A DNA stretch of 38,619 bases from NCBI GenBank assembly GCA_033721115.1, contig JAWWBD010000001.1, positions 1 to 38,619 of the forward strand, read 5' to 3'. The DNA comes from Woeseiaceae bacterium (GTDB lineage: Bacteria; Pseudomonadota; Gammaproteobacteria; Steroidobacterales; Woeseiaceae). A model generated the notes under the pieces. The model was not told the origin of the DNA. It did not search any database and was given only the letters and a program-made list of their open reading frames with translations. Made by a program: the position numbers and the translations under genes. Below are positions 26,701-33,677 of this stretch, piece by piece; position 1 is the stretch's first letter, and each line of letters starts with the position of its first letter.

Positions 26701-27075
26701 GCGATGAGTGATGCGGAAACGCTCTCCTACCTGCTGACCGGGCGACCGCTTTCCAGCGCGACGACCTCGGCGGAGGGCGATATCCTGAACACGGCCGCGT
26801 TCGCCCTGGGCATGTCGCAGGCGGGCTCCATCGCCGCCCAGATCGGCGGCGCGCTCGGCCTCGAGACCCTGAGCGTCGAAGGCGGCGCCGAGGACGGCAG
26901 GATCGTCGCCGGCAAGCGCATCGGCGGGCGCCTGTTCGTCGAATACGGCTACGGGCTCATCGACAAGCTCGGCACGCTGCTCTTGCGCTACCAGATCAAT
27001 AACCGCCTCATGCTCGAGTCGCGCACCGGTACGGTAAGCAACCTGGACATCGTGTACAGTGTGAAAAAACAATGA
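23728..27075 (+). CDS. tamB: translocation and assembly module inner-membrane component TamB (AsmA-like, DUF490 C-terminus)
   Basis: I set the start at GTG 23728, which overlaps the tamA stop (GTGA). An N-terminal TM anchor (VRAVRWFIRITATIILVALLGIAAVGIVIG) is followed by a long beta-rich region. The C-terminal DUF490-like segment reads ...LSYLLTGRP...GKRIGGRLFVEYGYGL...LLLRYQINNRLMLESRTG. Confidence 0.85.
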   Translation: MRAVRWFIRITATIILVALLGIAAVGIVIGTEKGTRWALGVVAGYAPGELVLAGPSGSLLGGLTLERLDWQNETTAISAEQVLLNIDLLPLLRRRLDVHALAMERFELRLPEPDPDAEEGEPLAVGLPIDIGIADARIAAIAILRGESSYAIRDTAFAATLEGPRLTASRLTAAAFGLVFDIEGRVRLAGEMPVRLSGQWRQADGAEPGLAGSARLAGQDNVFTVQHDLSAPVAVASQGSLRVADEGLVFDVVNTWNEIRREIGGRELVTPGGTLVTRGTLDALAVELETRARYGDYPATDIRLAGVTDLESIRIDSLLLDNDLTRADIDGSASLVPDPNADIAFRLTGLDPARLRPGVEGELAADGTAAIRLPASGLEVDLRIAALDGTFEGHAVAANGSVDIRPEGIEVPAAELRLGGNAVSASGRLDERVNLTARLELDAIGELLPAAAGSAVVDVELAGPRDAPAGVISVTGTGLGYGTAAVETASVTVRGSLASHTITGTLYAYETDIEVEAAGSLEAGGWAGEARRLALARDGLGRWTTKQPAAVSVGPDAVRVDELCFLRDSDGTESCADVDYRREGRSEFTASIAGLPVTALPFVAPAGVTVTGTIGAQARGTLENGLLNAAAELTAAGASVSASYEGEETRVAFDEVAATATVTDNRLASSLSISLGEDAGGLTGELNVADLAAADAPIDGRASVSLRDAAIFDVFLPAIANPRGTIGGTIEFSGTRAAPEFVGDIRLSDGSFAVRPAGITVTEVTLRAQQLGPGRLRVTGDARSGEGRVSVTANTMFATDTGMRSEVRLEGENFELLRQPDWRVSASPRIDILFDERTAIVTGSLAIPQADIRVQTIPETAVRPTPDAVVHTAGEMGQQTGRHIEIDVDTTLGKDVRFEGFGLTTNLAGAVRVQGGSQQPYLGFGQVDLEGGRYEAYGQDLTIEQGRLIFNGPLASPTLDIRATRRVDSVVAGIHVTGRPAQLRSTVFSEPAMSDAETLSYLLTGRPLSSATTSAEGDILNTAAFALGMSQAGSIAAQIGGALGLETLSVEGGAEDGRIVAGKRIGGRLFVEYGYGLIDKLGTLLLRYQINNRLMLESRTGTVSNLDIVYSVKKQ

Positions 27076-27085
27076 GGGAGGCCCC

Positions 27086-28390
27086 GTGGATCGCCTGACC
27101 GTACTGGCCCGCGAATACGGACAGCTCGTCGTGGACTTCGTCACCCGACCCGAGATCTGGATCCAGCTCGTCATCATCGCGGGAATCGTCGTCCCCGCGG
27201 TCCTGCTCGCCCGCCGCGTGGAACCGCGGCTCGAGGAGCGGGCGCGCCAGATCAGGAGAATGCCCGGGCTGCTCAGGATCATCATCGCGTTCCTGCGCCG
27301 GTTCGAGTGGATCTTCTTCGTGCTCTTCCTCGCGGTCGCCTACATCGCGACCGGGACGACCGGCTGGCCCGGCAGTAATTACCTGATCTATGCGGCCATG
27401 CTGCTCTCCGGTGCATGGCTCCTGATCTCGGTCGTATCGCACGCGGTCCGCAGCCGCATCCTGCGCAGGACATTCGCGATCGTGGCCTGGATCTACGTCG
27501 CGGCGAAGATCCTCGGCATCACGGACGACGTGGCGATCTTCCTCGACAGCGCAGGCTTCAACGTCGGCGACATGCGCTTCTCCCTGCTGACCCTGCTCAA
27601 GACCGGGCTGCTCCTGGGTCTCGCGCTCTGGGTGTCCTTCGCGTTCGGCAACTTCCTCGACCGCCGCATCCAGACCGTCGACGAGCTGACCCCGTCACTG
27701 CGCGTTCTGCTCGGCAAGATCATTCGCATCGGCCTCGTGGCCTTTGCCGGCATCATCGTCGTCTCCGGTCTCGGCATCGATCTCACGGCGCTGACCGTGC
27801 TGTCCGGTGCCGTCGGTGTCGGTATCGGCTTCGGCCTGCAGAAAGTCGTCTCGAATTTCATTTCCGGCATCATCATCCTGCTCGACCAGTCGATCAAACC
27901 CGGCGACACGATAACGCTGGGCGAGACCTTCGGCTGGATCCGCGAACTGCGTGCGCGCTTCGTGTCAGTGATCACCCGTGACGGAAGGGAATACCTGATA
28001 CCGAACGAGGATTTCATCACGCGCGAGGTCATCAACTGGTCGTTTTCCGACAAGTTCGTCCGCCTCGACGTCGATTTCGGCGTGTCGTACAGCGCCGACC
28101 CGCACGAGGTAATTCGCCGGGCGGGCGAGGCCGCTGCCGGCGTCGACCGCGTCCAGACCGACGCCAAGCAACCGGTCTGCTGGATGACCGAGTTCGGCGA
28201 TTCCTCGATCAATTTCAAGCTCCGGTTCTGGATAGACGATCCGCAGCAGGGCCTGACGAATATCCGTGGCCAGGTTCTGATTGCCCTGTGGGACACCTTC
28301 AAGGAGCACGGTATCGGCATTCCGTTCCCGCATCGCGAGGTCCTGTTCCGGACCCCGCTCAACATCGTCACCGACCAGCCGGGAACCTGA
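27086..28390 (+). CDS. mechanosensitive ion channel family protein (MscS-like with extended N-terminal membrane domain)
   Basis: The GTG start has GGGAGG 5 nt upstream and lies 10 nt after the tamB stop. The MscS core reads GVGIGFGLQKVVSNFISGIIILLDQSIKPGDTITLGETFGWIRELRARFVSVITRDGREYLIPNEDF. Confidence 0.85.
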   Translation: MDRLTVLAREYGQLVVDFVTRPEIWIQLVIIAGIVVPAVLLARRVEPRLEERARQIRRMPGLLRIIIAFLRRFEWIFFVLFLAVAYIATGTTGWPGSNYLIYAAMLLSGAWLLISVVSHAVRSRILRRTFAIVAWIYVAAKILGITDDVAIFLDSAGFNVGDMRFSLLTLLKTGLLLGLALWVSFAFGNFLDRRIQTVDELTPSLRVLLGKIIRIGLVAFAGIIVVSGLGIDLTALTVLSGAVGVGIGFGLQKVVSNFISGIIILLDQSIKPGDTITLGETFGWIRELRARFVSVITRDGREYLIPNEDFITREVINWSFSDKFVRLDVDFGVSYSADPHEVIRRAGEAAAGVDRVQTDAKQPVCWMTEFGDSSINFKLRFWIDDPQQGLTNIRGQVLIALWDTFKEHGIGIPFPHREVLFRTPLNIVTDQPGT

Positions 28391-28420
28391 GACGCGAGGC
28401 GCACTGGCGGGCCGGGACCA

Positions 28421-29314
28421 ATGGCACAAGAAGCAGACGACAGCCCGACGGTATCGCTCGTACTCGGCAGCGGCGGTGCGCGCGGGCATGCGCACATCGG
28501 CGTGATCCGCGCGATCGAGGAACGCGGCGTGCGAATCCGGAACATCGCGGGTACGTCGATGGGTTCCGTCATCGGCGGAATGCGTGCCGCGGGAGAGCTC
28601 GACACCTACGCGGACTGGGCGTTTGCGCTCAGCGGCAAGGACGTCGTCAGGCTGCTCGACTTTGCCTTTACCTGGACATCGATATTCAAGGGCGAACGGA
28701 TCTTCGGCGTACTCAAGGAGCTCGTCGGCGATCGCGACATCGAGGACCTCGATCTCGGGTTTACCGCGGTCGCGACGGCGATCGATGAACAGCGCGAAGT
28801 CTGGCTCAATCGCGGCTCCCTGTTTCGCGCGATCCGGGCATCGACGGCGGTGCCGGGCGTGTTCAGCCCGGTGGAGATCGGCGGCCGCACGCTCGTCGAC
28901 GGCGGCCTGATCAATCCGATCCCGATTGCGCCGACGCTGAACGATGCAACCGACATGACCATTGCGGTCAATCTCAACAGCCTGGCGGAATCCTACTCGC
29001 CGCCGGAAGGCGAAGCAGCGGAACCGCTGCCGGACGGCGCTTCGTACGCACAGAAGATTTCCCGTTTCATCCGCGAATTGATCGCAGACGACGACTCGGA
29101 ATCACCGGCGCCGGATGCGGCGGACCTGCTGACCCGTTCGATCGACGTGATGCAGGGAGCGATCGCCCGCCTGAAACTCGCCGCCTACAGTCCCGACAAA
29201 GTCATCGAGATTCCCCGCGATGCCTGTACGTTTTTCGAGTTTCACCGGGCGCGGGAAATGGCCGACCTGGGTTACGAAAAGACGATGGCCGCGCTCGACG
29301 ACATGGAACTCTAG
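28421..29314 (+). CDS. patatin-like phospholipase (RssA-like)
   Basis: It has the oxyanion motif LGSGGARG, the nucleophile elbow GTSMG (GxSxG), and the catalytic Asp motif LVDGGL. Length is 297 aa. Confidence 0.85.
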   Translation: MAQEADDSPTVSLVLGSGGARGHAHIGVIRAIEERGVRIRNIAGTSMGSVIGGMRAAGELDTYADWAFALSGKDVVRLLDFAFTWTSIFKGERIFGVLKELVGDRDIEDLDLGFTAVATAIDEQREVWLNRGSLFRAIRASTAVPGVFSPVEIGGRTLVDGGLINPIPIAPTLNDATDMTIAVNLNSLAESYSPPEGEAAEPLPDGASYAQKISRFIRELIADDDSESPAPDAADLLTRSIDVMQGAIARLKLAAYSPDKVIEIPRDACTFFEFHRAREMADLGYEKTMAALDDMEL

Positions 29315-29367
29315 CGCCCGATCCGTCACTGGCGCTGCCGCAGCCGGCGCCGGAACGGCTTGTGTTA

Positions 29368-29745
29368 TCACTCCGCGGACGCCCGCCGGCGTTTCGTGTC
29401 GCCCGTGAGGGACAGCCATTCGCGCATGAAGCGGCGGCCTTTGGCCGTCAGGAAAATCCGCTTGACCCGGAGGTTCAGCGGATCGACCCGGAGTTCGAGC
29501 AGACCCGGTCCCGGCGTCTTGCGCGTCGTGAGCGCAGAGAGGTCTGCGAGGTTGCGGGACAGGGCCGTGATCGACGTCGATTCGAGATGGGTCAGCAACT
29601 CGCGCTGGCTCAGCCCTTCGTGAAAATAGACCGCGATCAGGATCAGCAGACGCTGTGCCGTGATGTCGGGACTGAGCTTCGCGCGCGCATAGCGCAACGC
29701 GCGATCCAGCGCCATGAGGGTCTTTGCCTGCGCGTCTGCGGCCAT
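29368..29745 (-). CDS. MarR-like winged-helix transcriptional regulator
   Basis: I moved the start to ATG 29745 (MAADAQAKTLMALDRAL...). The 125-aa product has a wHTH-like core, LSQRELLTHLESTSITALSRNLADLSAL...RVDPLNLRVKRIFLTAKGRRF. The listed 293-aa ORF is an Arg/Pro/Ser-rich upstream extension. Confidence 0.6.
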   Translation of the reverse strand: MAADAQAKTLMALDRALRYARAKLSPDITAQRLLILIAVYFHEGLSQRELLTHLESTSITALSRNLADLSALTTRKTPGPGLLELRVDPLNLRVKRIFLTAKGRRFMREWLSLTGDTKRRRASAE

Positions 29746-29771
29746 GCTCGCCGACCGGTGCCGAAAAATCC

Positions 29772-29800
29772 ATGATAGGGCAATAGTTGCGGTATCGCAA
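29772..29800 (-). promoter_or_regulatory. shared promoter/operator module, copy 1 (upstream of the MarR-like gene)
   Basis: In gene sense it reads TTGCGA-N17-TATCAT. The plus strand carries CAATAGTTGCGGTATCGCAA at 29781-29800, containing the palindrome TTGCG-N4-CGCAA. The -10 ends 26 nt before ATG 29745. Confidence 0.5.
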
Positions 29801-29884
29801 CCATCTTCTGCCCGTTTGCAGGAACCCGGCGGGGTGTCGCGCAAAGCCGGCTCGTCACGCCATCGGCAGCGCGGGGTCGATGGT

Positions 29885-31705
29885 TCAGCCTTCCGCCGCG
29901 GCTGCCTCCTCTGTGGATCGCTCCCCTTCCGGCACCAGCGCGGTAACCCGGGACCCGGCCGGGACCCGCATTTCGTCGACGTCCACGGGGAACCGGATGC
30001 GGCCGTCCTGCTCGGTGACGAACAACACGATCCGGTCAGGGTGCTTGGCACGGTAGCTTTCGAAGGAAAACGTTTCCGTAATCTCGGTGGTCCGCGTGTC
30101 GATGTTGCCGCTGACGATGTCGAGCAGATCATCCATCGACCGGCGGCCGCCGAACAGGACACGCCCGCCCGTTTCGCCGGTGATCTGGTGTTTCTCGTGC
30201 ACGTCCGAGTTTTGCGGGACCGTATAGACCGATTCCCTGCCGAATTCATAGCGAAACCGCACGCAGGCGAGTTCGTTGAGGCCCGGCCGATGGGACAGTG
30301 CGAGCAGGTGGCCGAGGCCCATCACGTCGAGATGCCGGTCTGCATAGCCCGATACCGGGCTGCCGTAGTAGACCGGAAGTCCTTTCATCCGCGCCTTGCT
30401 GATCCCGTCCCAGCCCATCGACGCAACCAGGACCCGGTGCCCCGCCTCGTGCAGCGCCTCGGCGTAGGCCAGTGCGGCGGCGTTGGCGCCGACGACCAGC
30501 ACGCCCGTCGGATCAGGGTCCTTGACCCGGAGCCAGCGCGCGAGTAGCCCGCCCGTCAGGCTCTGGATCACGACGGTGCCGACGATGATGATGAATACCA
30601 TCGGCACGAGCAGGTCCGCGCCATCGACCGCGAGGTCCTCGAGCCGGAGCGCGAACAGCGCGGAAACGGCAGCGGCGACGATACCGCGCGGGAACAGCCA
30701 GCCGAGGTAGAGGCGCTCGCGCCAGTCGAGCTCGCTGCCGACGGAGCTGATCGCGGCGCGCAGCGGTCCGGCAATGAACTGCAACGCGAGCAGCACCGCG
30801 ATGGCGCCGGAACCCAGTGCCAGCAGCGCATCCAGGTCGATTCGCGCGGCCAGCACGATGAACAGTCCCGCGACCAGCACCAGCGTCAGGCTCTCCTTGA
30901 AGTCGAGGATGTCTTCGAGATCGACGCCCTTCATGTTCGCCTGCCAGACGCCCATCACGGTCACGGCAAGCAGGCCCGACTCGGATGCGACGGCTTCGGA
31001 CATCGCGAACACGGCGATGACGAGCGCGAGCGCCGCGTAGTCGCGCAGGTAGTCCGGGAGCCAGTGCCTGCGGAGCACGATGCCGAATGCCTGGCCGGCG
31101 ACGGCGCCGAGGCCGAGACCCGTGGCCACGATCAGCCCGAAGGTCGTGTAGAGCTGCATGGTCGTTGCGGCGGTCAGCTCGACGACGATGAAGTTGAAGA
31201 CCAGCACCGCGAGGATCGCGCCCAGCGGATCCACGAGGATGCCCTCCCAGCGAATGACGCTCGACAACGATCGCGTCGGGCGGATGGTGCGCAGGAGCGG
31301 CATGATCACGGTCGGGCCGCTGACCGTCACGATGGCACCGAAGAGGGCCGCGAGGTACCAGCTCCAGTCGAGGAAGTAGAGCGCCGTCAGCGTCGCAACC
31401 ACCCAGGTCGTCAGCACGCCGACCGAGACGAGATTGCGCACGACAGCACCATGACCCCGGATCTCGGAGAACCTGAGCGTGAGACTGCCCTCGTAGAGAA
31501 TGACGGCGACGGCGAGGGACACGAAGGACTGGAGCAGGTCGCCGAACATCGCGTCGGGCTCGAGCAGCCCGAGGACCGGCCCCGCGAGGATGCCGGTCAG
31601 CAACAGGAACAGTATCGACGGCAGCTTGACGCGCCACGCCAGCCACTGGCAGGCGAAGCCGGCGACGAGCACGGCGCTTAAGATAAACAGGTCATGGCCG
31701 TGCAT
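29885..31705 (-). CDS. CPA1-family Na+(K+)/H+ antiporter with C-terminal RCK/TrkA-like domain
   Basis: 606 aa. The N-terminal region of about 400 aa is polytopic (MHGHDLFILSAVLVAGFACQWLAWRVKLPSILFLLLTGILAGP...). A Rossmann-like segment, GVLVVGANAAALAYAEALHEAGHRVLVAS, and a TrkA-C-like tail follow. Confidence 0.8.
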   Translation of the reverse strand: MHGHDLFILSAVLVAGFACQWLAWRVKLPSILFLLLTGILAGPVLGLLEPDAMFGDLLQSFVSLAVAVILYEGSLTLRFSEIRGHGAVVRNLVSVGVLTTWVVATLTALYFLDWSWYLAALFGAIVTVSGPTVIMPLLRTIRPTRSLSSVIRWEGILVDPLGAILAVLVFNFIVVELTAATTMQLYTTFGLIVATGLGLGAVAGQAFGIVLRRHWLPDYLRDYAALALVIAVFAMSEAVASESGLLAVTVMGVWQANMKGVDLEDILDFKESLTLVLVAGLFIVLAARIDLDALLALGSGAIAVLLALQFIAGPLRAAISSVGSELDWRERLYLGWLFPRGIVAAAVSALFALRLEDLAVDGADLLVPMVFIIIVGTVVIQSLTGGLLARWLRVKDPDPTGVLVVGANAAALAYAEALHEAGHRVLVASMGWDGISKARMKGLPVYYGSPVSGYADRHLDVMGLGHLLALSHRPGLNELACVRFRYEFGRESVYTVPQNSDVHEKHQITGETGGRVLFGGRRSMDDLLDIVSGNIDTRTTEITETFSFESYRAKHPDRIVLFVTEQDGRIRFPVDVDEMRVPAGSRVTALVPEGERSTEEAAAAEG

Positions 31706-31823
31706 GCGTCGCGGTTTCCGCCTGGCGATTAATCGGTCATCCCGGTATCAGGAAGGGGCCATCCGGACAGTCCGGCCCGGGGAACAGCGGCGCCAGTTTA
31801 GCAGAACTGCGCGTTCGCGAGGA

Positions 31824-32111
31824 TCAGTGGAACCGGGCCCGGGCCGCTTTTCGCGCGATGGCGAGGCGCTGGCGCGCGTCGCGGAGACCGAGCTGGATGT
31901 CCGCCAGGTCCGGGTCATCTTCCGCGTCCATGGCCTCGAGTTTTTCGCCCACCTCGAGACAGCGTTTTTCGAGCAGGTCGAGATAGCGATCGAAACGGTC
32001 GTCGGTTTCCGGCCCTGCGGCGGCCGACTTTTCCTTCAGCCGATCGAGCTCGGCCCCGATGTCGCGAAGTTCGGCGCGTACATCCTGCTTGTCGATTGTT
32101 CCCGTCGTCAT
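31824..32111 (-). CDS. small (95 aa) acidic helical/coiled-coil hypothetical protein
   Basis: I moved the start to ATG 32111, with AGGAGG about 10 nt upstream. The sequence MTTGTIDKQDVRAELRDIGAELDRLKEKSAAAG...LDLLEKRCLEVGEKLEAMDAEDD...RQRLAIARKAARARFH is heptad-like. No family recognised. Confidence 0.5.
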   Translation of the reverse strand: MTTGTIDKQDVRAELRDIGAELDRLKEKSAAAGPETDDRFDRYLDLLEKRCLEVGEKLEAMDAEDDPDLADIQLGLRDARQRLAIARKAARARFH

Positions 32112-32287
32112 TGGATCGATCCTCCTGGATTTTTTTCCCGGCTTCCATCGGACGGCGGCCGGCCGGGCCGGGTGCGTGACCGTCATTTTTCCCGGGCCCC
32201 GGCACCGCACATGGCGTATGCTTCGTGCGCGCCAGCGTCCGGCGCTCCCGGTGGCCCGGCGTGTCGGGATGTCGCCGACCGCTTTTG

Positions 32288-32332
32288 AAGTTAACAGAAC
32301 AATTGCGTTATCGCAACTATTGCGTTTATGAG
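32288..32332. promoter_or_regulatory. shared promoter/operator module, copy 2, apparently bidirectional
   Basis: The plus strand reads TTGCGT (32303-08)-N17-TTATGA (32326-31), facing the NYN gene. The minus strand reads TTGCGA (reverse complement of 32311-16)-N17-TAACTT (reverse complement of 32288-93), facing the small coiled-coil gene. The minus strand also reads CAATAGTTGCGATAACGCAA. Confidence 0.5.
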
Positions 32333-32372
32333 CATCGCCCGGCATGATCCGCGCATGGCAAGGAACAACTCA

Positions 32373-33182
32373 ATGAACGAAGATCAGAATCTCGCGCTTT
32401 TTTGCGACTTCGAAAACATCGCGCTCGGCGTCCGCGACGCCAAGTATTCCAGGTTCGACATCGGGCCCGTACTCGAACGCCTGCTGCTGAAGGGCAGCAT
32501 CGTTGCAAAAAAGGCCTACTGCGACTGGGATCGCTACAAGCAGTACAAGCCGGCCATGCATGAAGCGGCATTCGAGCTCATCGAGATCCCGCATATCAAG
32601 CTGTCCGGCAAGAACTCAGCGGACATCCGGATGGTCGTCGATGCCCTCGATCTCTGCTATACGAAGGAGCACATCGATACGTTCGTCATCATATCGGGAG
32701 ACTCCGACTTCTCACCGCTGGTCAGCAAGCTGCGGGAGAACGCCAAGACGGTGATCGGCGTCGGCGTCAAGAACTCGACGTCCGACCTGCTGATCAGCAA
32801 CTGCGACGAATTCATTTTTTACGACGATCTCGTGCAACCGGACAGCACGGCCGAGGCGCCGGGCAAAAAGACGAAGAAAAAACGGTCCCGCAAGTCCGGC
32901 AGGAAAACAGCGCCGAAGAAGTCCGACCCGGCCCAGGAAGCGATCGACCTCGTCATCGAGACGACCGAGGCGCTCTACGCGGAGCGCGGCGACAAGACCA
33001 AGCTCTGGGGCTCGATGATCAAGCAGACCCTGAAGCGACGCAAGCCGGGCTTCAGTGAATCGGTCTACGGGTTCGGTTCATTCAGCGACCTGCTCGAGGA
33101 GGCCGCGCGGCGCAAGCAGCTGGAACTGGAGCGTGACGAGAAGTCCGGCGGCTACATCGTTCGCGGCGTACTAGCTTCCTAG
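32373..33182 (+). CDS. NYN (LabA/PIN-like) nuclease domain protein with C-terminal OST-HTH/LOTUS domain
   Basis: I prefer the start at ATG 32373 because AAGGAA lies 7 nt upstream, whereas the listed start at 32328 lies inside the predicted -10. NYN motifs are LALFCDFENI, GKNSADIRMVVDALDL and FVIISGDSDFSPLVSKLRENAKTVIGVG. A Lys-rich linker (GKKTKKKRSRKSGRKTAPKK) follows. The LOTUS-like end reads WGSMIKQTLKRRKPGFSESVYGFGSFSDLLEEA. Confidence 0.75.
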   Translation: MNEDQNLALFCDFENIALGVRDAKYSRFDIGPVLERLLLKGSIVAKKAYCDWDRYKQYKPAMHEAAFELIEIPHIKLSGKNSADIRMVVDALDLCYTKEHIDTFVIISGDSDFSPLVSKLRENAKTVIGVGVKNSTSDLLISNCDEFIFYDDLVQPDSTAEAPGKKTKKKRSRKSGRKTAPKKSDPAQEAIDLVIETTEALYAERGDKTKLWGSMIKQTLKRRKPGFSESVYGFGSFSDLLEEAARRKQLELERDEKSGGYIVRGVLAS

Positions 33183-33307
33183 CACGGCGAACGCGGCCAG
33201 GACGACGACAAGCGCCAGGGTGAAGGGCCAGAGGAACCGCCTCACACCCGGCTTCTTGACGATTTTTCTGAATGGCAGCGGCATGATGCCGGTCGCCTGA
33301 CGCCGCC

Positions 33308-33646
33308 TTACTGGCCGCTCTGGAGCTTGCTGGCGGCATCCTTGGCCTTGGACTCGAGGTCGGCGGCAGCATCCTTGGCCTTCTCGGTCATGTCACCCGC
33401 GGCTTCCTGCGCGGCATCCATGGCTTCCGAGGCCTCGCTCTCGACGCGCCCCATCGCGTCCTGGGCTTCGTCGCCGGCCTCTTCCATGGCGTCAGCGGCA
33501 TCATCGGTCATGTCCTCGGCGGCATCGCGTACATCTTCCACCGCGTTGTCCACGGCCTCGCCGGCCTCCTCAGCCGGACCGTCACTCTCGCAGGCGGCAA
33601 GCGCCAGCGTGCCGCAGACAAAAGCGATTTTCATCAGTGTTTTCAT
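33308..33646 (-). CDS. highly acidic lipoprotein composed of eight tandem 11-residue repeats (LEA/apolipoprotein-like periodicity)
   Basis: I moved the start to ATG 33646, with AAGGGAGAA 4 nt upstream. A signal peptide plus lipobox (TLALAAC) opens the protein. After ESDGP the remaining 88 residues divide exactly into 8 x 11-mers with Ala conserved at position 4 and acidic residues at positions 2 and 6. The DNA repeat GCATCCTTGGCCTT occurs at 33336 and again 33 nt later at 33369. Confidence 0.7.
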   Translation of the reverse strand: MKTLMKIAFVCGTLALAACESDGPAEEAGEAVDNAVEDVRDAAEDMTDDAADAMEEAGDEAQDAMGRVESEASEAMDAAQEAAGDMTEKAKDAAADLESKAKDAASKLQSGQ

Positions 33647-33677
33647 CGGTTCTCCCTTGGGTGTTGGAATTTTTGTC

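Noticed and set aside
24727-27285. 852-aa ORF on the minus strand
   Set aside because: It is entirely antisense to tamB and the following MscS gene. Its Arg/Gly/Pro/Ala-rich composition is typical of shadow ORFs in high-G+C DNA, and it has no recognisable motifs. The plus-strand genes have clear family signatures.
32328-32372. ATG 32328 as the start of the NYN-LOTUS gene (ORF-track start)
   Set aside because: It lies inside the predicted -10 hexamer of the shared module and has no SD. ATG 32373 has AAGGAA 7 nt upstream and gives the typical NYN N-terminus. ATG 32355 remains a weaker alternative.
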